Source: Pirellula staleyi DSM 6068
GTDB taxonomy: Bacteria > Planctomycetota > Planctomycetia > Pirellulales > Pirellulaceae
DNA length: 32,000 nucleotides
Assembly: GCA_000025185.1 (NCBI GenBank)
Contig: CP001848.1
Span: 4,680,001-4,712,000, forward strand
Reading direction: 5' to 3'
This document shows positions 26,031 through 32,000 of the stretch, in pieces. Each line of letters begins with the position of its first letter. Within the stretch, counting starts at the first letter, position 1. The translations under genes were made by a program, and so were the position numbers. The notes under the pieces were generated by a model. The model was given only the letters and a program-made list of their open reading frames with translations, did no database searches and was not told the origin of the DNA.

Positions 26031-28838
26031 CTAAAAACGGGCCACAATCTCTTGCCACTCGTAGTCGCCGAGATCAATCGACAGCTTGCCTTGCTCGGTC
26101 GCCAGATCGCTGAGCACGTTTCCTTGCAGATCGATCTTCGAGCCACTCTTCAAATCGCGAAACGCCGAGAGCTTCACCTTCACGCCACTTCCCGAGGTTT
26201 CGAGCAGTCGCGCACGAAGTCCAGTCACCTTACCGTTTTCCACCAGTGGCGACAGGCTTGTCACCAGCACATTGCGGCAATCGACATGCAGCAGCCAGCC
26301 CCACAAATTTCCTTTCGGCGCGGCACAGGGCCGGATAATCGGCGGGGAGATCAGGCTGATCGCTTCGTGGAGCGGATGAGCCAAATCGATCCCTACACCG
26401 AACTTGAACCGACGAGCCGTTTCGCCACGCGAGATCAAAATCGTATCGAGCATGTTGTCTTGATGACGGCGATGAAACGCGAGACCACCAGTCAAAATTG
26501 TGGTGCTCGATTTCACTCCCACAAAGTCGACATAGTGAGGCGATTCGATGCGGCTTGCTTTCGACAGCTGACGCGTTTCGTGCAGGGTGGTGTAGACATC
26601 GGCTGCCGGATCAGACCACGCAAATCGCGAGCAGAAATAGGAATTCCAGGGATCGCTTTTGGGCTCTTCCTGCGGATCGAGTTCTACTTCCACTTGCAGC
26701 ACGCGGCTGCCACGCACACAGCGGAACGTTTGGGTGTAGCCGCAAAGATTCTTCCCCTCGAGATCCATCAAGCGACCGGTCACCACAATCTCTCCCAAGG
26801 TGCTGGTCGCGGAAGTGGTGGTGATCGAATCGGCCGCCATCACGCTGTAGGTCGCCGTCTCATCAGGATCGCGATACACATCGCCCGTTTTTTGTTTCGC
26901 CCCTGGCATGCGAAACGCCAACTGCTGCGAGAGCCGATTGCCGCGACTGCTGTACTCATACAAAGCTGCCAGCGCGCCGGTGGTGGGATTGATTACTGCT
27001 TCGAAGAACTCGTTGCGCAGCGTGTTATCTTCCACCAGCAGCAGCTGTTTTTTGGCAGCGACCGACGACTTCGAGGGGGTAACGTAGACAAAGCCATACG
27101 CCGGTGGATCGACAACCGACTGCATTCCACCAAGGTGCGACGAAGCTGCATAAACGGGTCGCTCGATCGCCGGTTCGGCCTTCACATTGTCGGTCACCAC
27201 ACCGACGCGTCGCACAAAGGCGAGCGGATTGAGCACCACCGCCGAGTTTCCTGCGCCAACTTGGGCGCCGATCGCTTTGGCGAATGCATCTCCCGCCAGC
27301 TTCAGCTGCTCTTCAGCTTGCGGCATTTGCTCCGCCAGCTTTTCCTCGGTGATCGCGCCGGGCAGAAGCGCCGAGTTCGAAGCTGCGGGAGGTGTCCCCG
27401 CAACGAGAGCCGCGATCGTACTGGCCGAAGTGGCGGCCAGTGTTTGGTAATACGTTTTCCAGTACTTCACACTCGTGCTGATCGGGTCGCTATGGCGGCG
27501 AATGATCGCCTGCTTGAGATAGGGGGAGCGATACCGATCGGCATCGAGCCGCTCCATTTGGCTCGGCTTGGTGGTGCTTGCAAAGTAGTCGTCCAGCGTG
27601 ATGAATTTGCCAAGCGCGGCTGTGTAACTGGCAATGCGACGCAAATCGTTCATCCAGACACTCGAGGCCGATGGCCAGTGTGCAAGCGCCAAGGTGGCGA
27701 CATGATCGGCATCCATCGATTCGCCCAATTTCACGGCGAGCGAAAGAAACGTTTGAGGCTTCGAAGCGTCGAGCGAAGTGCGGGCAATCGAGTCGATCGC
27801 CCGGCCATCCAGACCTTCCCACTGAATCTTCAGCTGCGTGGTTTCGGGAAGTTTCCCTTCGTCGAACAACTGATGAACGGCCGCTGTATAGCCCGACTGC
27901 TGCAGAATGCCGGGGAGCAGCGGAGTGAGGCCATAGCGCCAGCGAGCAAATACTTTGGGACGCGATCCGAGATGCTGTTCGTAGGTGGCACGTCCACGAA
28001 TGAGCTGCGCGGTGGCTGTTTCGAGCGAGAGAAGCGGCAACCGCGACTCATCGTACTCGCCCCCCAAGATCGCCAGCGTTTTACGCTCAATGGCTGTTTT
28101 CAGCGCCTCAAGCGTGGCCGGAAAACGGGCGGCAATCTCATCGACCAATTGCCCCGAAAGGAGCACGTTCTTGGGAGCGGGCTGCGCGACTTCGTCGGCC
28201 AGTTCTTTGCCAAGCGTGACAGCGGTGGTCATCACCAGATCGACGATAAACGCATCGACGGGATAATAGTGGTCGCGCTCTTCGGCCAGCACACTGAAAC
28301 AAGCGGTGAGCTTCTCTTTTGCGACATCGTTCTCGCCGCGACAAAGGGCCTGGGCAGCGGCCACCACGGTCGACTGAAAATAGGCTTCGTCGAGATTGCT
28401 GCTGTAACGCATCTGACGCGTGAGAAGCTCGATCTGCAGGTAGCAGTAGCCGAGCGCTAAAAAGTCGGCCACGAGTTCTTGATCGACGGGACCTTCCACG
28501 CGCGAGGCAAGCCCGGCCAGCGCAGTCTCGATGATCTCGCTCCGCACCAATGTTTTGCGAATGATCACCCCACCCTCTTGCTTCACACGCTGGGCAAAGC
28601 CAGTTGGAAGCTGCGACGAGGAGACACTGGGGACCACAATCAGTCGGCTAACCACTTCGCTGGGTGGGTCGTCGACACGGCGCCAAGTCGGCACCTTACC
28701 TGCAGCGTTAATCAGTTCCGGATGCCAAAGCGAGGTCCAACTGGCGAGCAAACTTTGAGCATCGTCACCTTCGTGGTAGGTCGGAAAATCCTCCAAGCTG
28801 TGACAAGGGAGCAAAATCATCAGCTCTTGGTAGGACAT
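26031..28838 (-). CDS. Large cytoplasmic protein with glycoside hydrolase family 38 (alpha-mannosidase)-like architecture, possibly non-catalytic
   Basis: ORF track, 935 aa, with no signal peptide. Three segments resemble conserved GH38 blocks as I remember them. ILGGEYDESRLPLLSLETATAQLIRGRATYEQHLG corresponds to GGW.E.D..l.sgEslIRQ...G. GKFITLDDYF corresponds to the ..fsT..eYF block. VEDNTLRNEFFEAVINPTTGALAALYEY corresponds to the leN..l.v.i...G.l.sl.dk block at the start of the GH38 C-terminal domain. The opposite-strand 883-aa ORF has an antisense-type composition. Confidence 0.6.
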   Translation of the reverse strand: MSYQELMILLPCHSLEDFPTYHEGDDAQSLLASWTSLWHPELINAAGKVPTWRRVDDPPSEVVSRLIVVPSVSSSQLPTGFAQRVKQEGGVIIRKTLVRSEIIETALAGLASRVEGPVDQELVADFLALGYCYLQIELLTRQMRYSSNLDEAYFQSTVVAAAQALCRGENDVAKEKLTACFSVLAEERDHYYPVDAFIVDLVMTTAVTLGKELADEVAQPAPKNVLLSGQLVDEIAARFPATLEALKTAIERKTLAILGGEYDESRLPLLSLETATAQLIRGRATYEQHLGSRPKVFARWRYGLTPLLPGILQQSGYTAAVHQLFDEGKLPETTQLKIQWEGLDGRAIDSIARTSLDASKPQTFLSLAVKLGESMDADHVATLALAHWPSASSVWMNDLRRIASYTAALGKFITLDDYFASTTKPSQMERLDADRYRSPYLKQAIIRRHSDPISTSVKYWKTYYQTLAATSASTIAALVAGTPPAASNSALLPGAITEEKLAEQMPQAEEQLKLAGDAFAKAIGAQVGAGNSAVVLNPLAFVRRVGVVTDNVKAEPAIERPVYAASSHLGGMQSVVDPPAYGFVYVTPSKSSVAAKKQLLLVEDNTLRNEFFEAVINPTTGALAALYEYSSRGNRLSQQLAFRMPGAKQKTGDVYRDPDETATYSVMAADSITTTSATSTLGEIVVTGRLMDLEGKNLCGYTQTFRCVRGSRVLQVEVELDPQEEPKSDPWNSYFCSRFAWSDPAADVYTTLHETRQLSKASRIESPHYVDFVGVKSSTTILTGGLAFHRRHQDNMLDTILISRGETARRFKFGVGIDLAHPLHEAISLISPPIIRPCAAPKGNLWGWLLHVDCRNVLVTSLSPLVENGKVTGLRARLLETSGSGVKVKLSAFRDLKSGSKIDLQGNVLSDLATEQGKLSIDLGDYEWQEIVARF

Positions 28839-29139
28839 GATCAGGCTGGCCAGTCTTCTCGGGGAATCGGTGGGAGGGGATCGACCGCTATGCGTTTTTT
28901 AGGACCTGTCCACGATACTCGCTCGACAGGCGAGCGTACAGAAGTGCCTGCCCTGGCAGCACTTGACAGAGCATGACAGGCCCCTGCGGCATCCAGCTTT
29001 CAGCGAACTCTAAAGAACCACTACAAAGAAGTACAAAAACACCTCTTGAGAAGTATATCATTGCGGCTTACAAATCGTATCGCCTGACAAAAAGTGTTCC
29101 CCGATTCGCCACTCTTGTTTCTCACTAAGCAGGTGCCGC

Positions 29140-29712
29140 ATGGATCAAACAGCTTTGAAGGAGTGGCTCCACGAGCCGCGCTTGAAACTTACTGAAGCGA
29201 TTGTGGCGGGACTCGAGCAGCATTTGAAATCGTTGGAAACGGCGGAGCAGCCGTTTTATGGCTATTCGATCCTGCTGGGGGAGCGTTTTAGCCCCGGTGA
29301 ACTCGTCGGAGTCACCAACCGCGAGGAGGATCTCGAGGTCGAAGCCGATGACCCGATGTATACCTATTACCGCTACAACGTCGACGAATGGCAGCAGTGG
29401 GATCACGAGCAGTTCACCGATGCCAATCGCCTGCTCGCGGCGCTCGATCTCGAGTTTAAGTCGAAGCATCAGCGGCAGGGGAAAGAATTCATATTCGACG
29501 AGATCGAACATCTGTATGCCGATCTGATCCTGGAGGCGATCTTGCAAGGGATGGTTGCAGCCAAAGCGCAGGGGCTCTTTGGAAAAGACGAGCGGTTCCT
29601 GGTGATCTGGATTGCAGGCTCTCCGGGCGAGATCACCATGCAATCGCTCAAAACACTGAATTCTCCCAAGGTCGTGAAGGCTTTCATCGAAGAATTTGGC
29701 GAAGACTTTTAA
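29140..29712 (+). CDS. Acidic cytoplasmic hypothetical protein (layout reminiscent of DUF4303, from memory only)
   Basis: ORF track. The composition looks protein-like. Motifs are FYGYSILLGE...VTNREEDLE...YYRYNVDEWQQW. The protein has no signal peptide or transmembrane segment. Confidence 0.7.
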   Translation: MDQTALKEWLHEPRLKLTEAIVAGLEQHLKSLETAEQPFYGYSILLGERFSPGELVGVTNREEDLEVEADDPMYTYYRYNVDEWQQWDHEQFTDANRLLAALDLEFKSKHQRQGKEFIFDEIEHLYADLILEAILQGMVAAKAQGLFGKDERFLVIWIAGSPGEITMQSLKTLNSPKVVKAFIEEFGEDF

Positions 29713-29791
29713 GCCGACGGTTGTAATTTGGCGACGGCCCGGGAAAACTCACAAGCCACCACCACTTCGCTCTCATTGTCGGGCAAATGCC

Positions 29792-30478
29792 ATGCTGCTG
29801 CGATTCCAGTTGATATCAGCCTCCCTGCTCATGCTCGCCACAGCACTGGGGTGCGATGCCAGGGGGGATGCTGATATCGAACAGGGGATGAAGCACTGGC
29901 AAAAACAGGAGTATGAAGCGGCGATCGCGGCGTATGAAACTGGCTTGCCGAAATCACGCAAGGAGTACGACGACAGCGTGGTTCACACACTGATTGGCAA
30001 CTGCCACAGTGAGCTGGGAGATCAGAAAAAAGCGATCCAGTCGCATAAGCGATCACTGAAAGCCAATCCCAAAAACCACCAAGCGATGGTGAACATGGGA
30101 GTCGCCTATCGACTGCTCGGCGACTACGGACAAGCGGCTAACTGCTATCGAAGTGCCCTCGAAATTGCCCCCGACTACCCCGAACTGCATTCAAGCCTCG
30201 GAACCCTAGCAATCTTTCAGGGGGAACCCGAAAAGGCGATCCCCCACTTCGAGCGCGCGAATGCCATCGACGATACCTTGCCCACAACGCATGGAAATTT
30301 GGCGGTCGCTTATGCCATGGTAGGCCGATTTGACGACGCCGAGCGGTCGCTCGAGCGGGCCATCGGTCTCCACTATCAGAACGTGGACTGGGTCCGGCGA
30401 CGCATCGACGAAATTCGCCTTGAGCAAACGGAGGCTGAACTAGGGATCGGTGAGCCCTCGGAAAATGCTCCCAAGTAA
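29792..30478 (+). CDS. TPR-repeat lipoprotein (PilF/PilW-like candidate)
   Basis: ORF 29696..30478, with the start moved to ATG 29792. This gives MLLRFQLISASLLMLATALGCDA, which has a lipobox. About five TPR units follow: YEAAIAAYETGL, GNCHSELGDQKKAIQSHKRSLKANPKNHQAMVNMGVAYRLLGDYGQAANCYRSALEIAPDYPELHSSLGTLAIFQGEPEKAIPHFERANAID. Confidence 0.85.
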   Translation: MLLRFQLISASLLMLATALGCDARGDADIEQGMKHWQKQEYEAAIAAYETGLPKSRKEYDDSVVHTLIGNCHSELGDQKKAIQSHKRSLKANPKNHQAMVNMGVAYRLLGDYGQAANCYRSALEIAPDYPELHSSLGTLAIFQGEPEKAIPHFERANAIDDTLPTTHGNLAVAYAMVGRFDDAERSLERAIGLHYQNVDWVRRRIDEIRLEQTEAELGIGEPSENAPK

Positions 30479-31175
30479 TCGGAATCATCGGTCGGGAGAT
30501 GCGAGGCACATCGCGGTCGTAAAATCGGGGCTGATGCGTGGAATCTATACAAACGTAACGCCCTGCACAGACGGAACTGCGAACGGCAGATCGTGACACC
30601 CGCACGAAAGATTTCAAGCGTTTTCTTGCCGTTTTTTGCTCTCAGCGGCTTAGCGACCCATTCTGAGGCCGTTTGGGCGGTGCCGAAAGCGTTATGGCAG
30701 CGAGATTAAGGCCAATTTTCATTGACACTGGGCGCGCGGCGTCTGTACAGTAAGAGGTAGGAACAGAGAATCCGGACAGCCTCCCAGTCTGGCGGGCCAT
30801 TCACGTAGGTGGATGAGCTACGCTCTTGTCTTGCGAAGGTTCCTTCGCCGACTTGTGGAGTCCTGTTCTCGTGCGATTCTTGCTCTCACGTTGGCAGACT
30901 AGTAGAACCTTGCGGTTTGCGGGGTTCTGCCTCTGGCAGCGCGATGGTGTGCTGGACTTGGTTCAGATTCAGCCCTGATCGAGTTTGGCGGGTGTCGACA
31001 GTTGCTTGGGATTTTCAGTGCGATCGCAGATCGGTCGTACTTTGTGTCTCTCGACTCGGCAGCACGGTCGGTTCAAGAACGTGTTCGAAATAACTCATCG
31101 AAATCAACAACATCTCAACCATCGGGGCTAGCAATCTGGCGGTCTAGGCTTCCCTAGACGCTTGCGAGGAAACTC

Positions 31176-32000
31176 ATGGCAAAACCATCCGGTGTTTGGG
31201 GAATTGATATCGGTCGATGTGCCCTCAAAGCACTCCGCTGCCGTATGGATGGCGATGCGGTGGTGGCCGACGGGTTCGACTATATCGAGTACCCCAAGCT
31301 GCTCACGCAATCCGACGCCGACGCACCTCAGCTGGTGAAAGAGGCTCTCGAGCAGTTCCTCAGCCGCAACAGCTTGCGCGGCGATAAAGTGGCCGTATCG
31401 GTTCCTGGCGAATCGGGCCTTGCGCGGTTCTTCAAGCCACCACCCGTGGATGTGAAGAAGATCGCCGACATCGTGAAGTACGAAGCCCGACAGCAAATCC
31501 CCTTTGCGCTGGAAGACGTGATCTGGGACTACCAGCGGATGCCTGGTGGCCAGGAAGTCGATGGTTTTGCGCTCGATACGGAAATCGGCCTGTTCGCCAT
31601 GAAGCGCGAACAAGTCAGCAAAGCGATGCAGCCGTTTTTGAACGCCGGCATCGAAGTCGACATCATCCAGCTCTCGCCGATCGCTTGCTACAACTACATT
31701 TCCTACGACTCCCCCAAGCGGCTCGCCGACGGGGAAGAATACGACCCTGAAAAGCCCCCGAAATCGGTCGTCGTTCTATCGATCGGCACCGATACGACCG
31801 ACCTGGTGGTGACGAACGGCTACCGCGTTTGGCAGCGTAATATTCCGCTCGGTGGCAATCACTTCACCAAGCAATTGTCGAAAGATCTGAAGCTTACCTT
31901 TGCCAAGGCCGAGCATCTGAAGCGGAACCCGAAGCAAGCGGAAGACCCCAAGGCGGTGTTCCAGGCGATGCGTCCGGTGTTCGGCGACATGGTGACTGAA
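31176..32000 (+). CDS. pilM: Type IV pilus assembly protein PilM (actin-like ATPase), 3' end beyond the window
   Basis: This ORF is absent from the track because it has no stop in the window; I translated it by hand. ATG 31176 has GAGGAAA at 31166-31172. The protein reads MAKPSGVWGIDIGRCALKALRC...KVAVSVPGESGLARFFKPPPVDVKKIADIVKYEARQQIPFALEDVIWDYQ...VLSIGTDTTDLVVTNGYRVWQRNIPLGGNHFTKQLSKDLKLTFAKAEHLK. The frame is open for 275 codons to position 32000. Minus ORF 31128..31613 is its shadow. Confidence 0.9.
   Translation, partial: MAKPSGVWGIDIGRCALKALRCRMDGDAVVADGFDYIEYPKLLTQSDADAPQLVKEALEQFLSRNSLRGDKVAVSVPGESGLARFFKPPPVDVKKIADIVKYEARQQIPFALEDVIWDYQRMPGGQEVDGFALDTEIGLFAMKREQVSKAMQPFLNAGIEVDIIQLSPIACYNYISYDSPKRLADGEEYDPEKPPKSVVVLSIGTDTTDLVVTNGYRVWQRNIPLGGNHFTKQLSKDLKLTFAKAEHLKRNPKQAEDPKAVFQAMRPVFGDMVTE

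Noticed and set aside
25809-28460. + strand 883-aa ORF opposite the GH38-like gene. Similar long antisense ORFs lie at 14552..15490, 21776..22561, 22937..23527, 23999..24817 and 10480..11274.
   Set aside because: These are typical long mirror ORFs of a GC-rich genome. They are R/H/G/Q-rich with no motifs, and each overlaps a sense ORF with clear family signatures.
30809-31093. 94-aa + ORF in the pilM leader.
   Set aside because: It is Cys/Trp/Arg/Ser-rich and has no RBS or motif. It is probably a chance ORF in non-coding DNA.
1-32000. Mobile elements, CRISPR arrays, tRNA/rRNA genes, and toxin-antitoxin or known defence genes.
   Set aside because: Reading by eye, I found no transposase or integrase motifs, no regularly spaced repeat array, no tRNA-like T-arm (GGTTCGAATCC) context and no recognisable defence-gene signatures. 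The absence is not proven without tRNAscan, Rfam or HMM scans.

Overview
GC-rich chromosomal segment that looks like a Planctomycetota (Pirellulales-like) genome. The basis is a DUF1559/H-X9-DG prepilin-like protein, a DUF1080-like secreted protein, methanofuran/H4MPT-associated genes, many signal-peptide or lipoprotein ORFs, and long antisense shadow ORFs. I support about 28 CDS, two of them partial at the window edges. Housekeeping genes are a compact minus-strand ispF-cysS-ruvC-ruvA operon, cmk and plsC. Envelope and pilus genes are a stand-alone Tad/Cpa-type secretin with a very long Pro/Ala-rich N-terminal extension followed by two lipoproteins (one TPR), and a second TPR lipoprotein about 700 bp upstream of a 3'-truncated pilM. 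A three-gene + strand operon (ATP-grasp, hydantoinase-like, amino-acid-kinase-like) matches my recollection of the MfnD/MfnF/MfnE methanofuran-type cofactor genes. Regulation is represented by an FHA-GAF-sigma54 activator next to an orphan CheX-like gene. I saw no rRNA, tRNA, CRISPR array, transposase or integrase, and no obvious defence island. The most unusual items are: (1) the orphan secretin module with a roughly 400-residue low-complexity spacer; (2) a minus-strand trio of a Cys-rich putative beta-barrel, a DUF1559 pseudopilin-like protein and a small lipoprotein; (3) a 935-aa cytoplasmic GH38-like protein that seems to lack catalytic residues; (4) repeat-laden intergenic regions. All family assignments come from motif reading by eye, with no searches run, and need HMM or structure confirmation.
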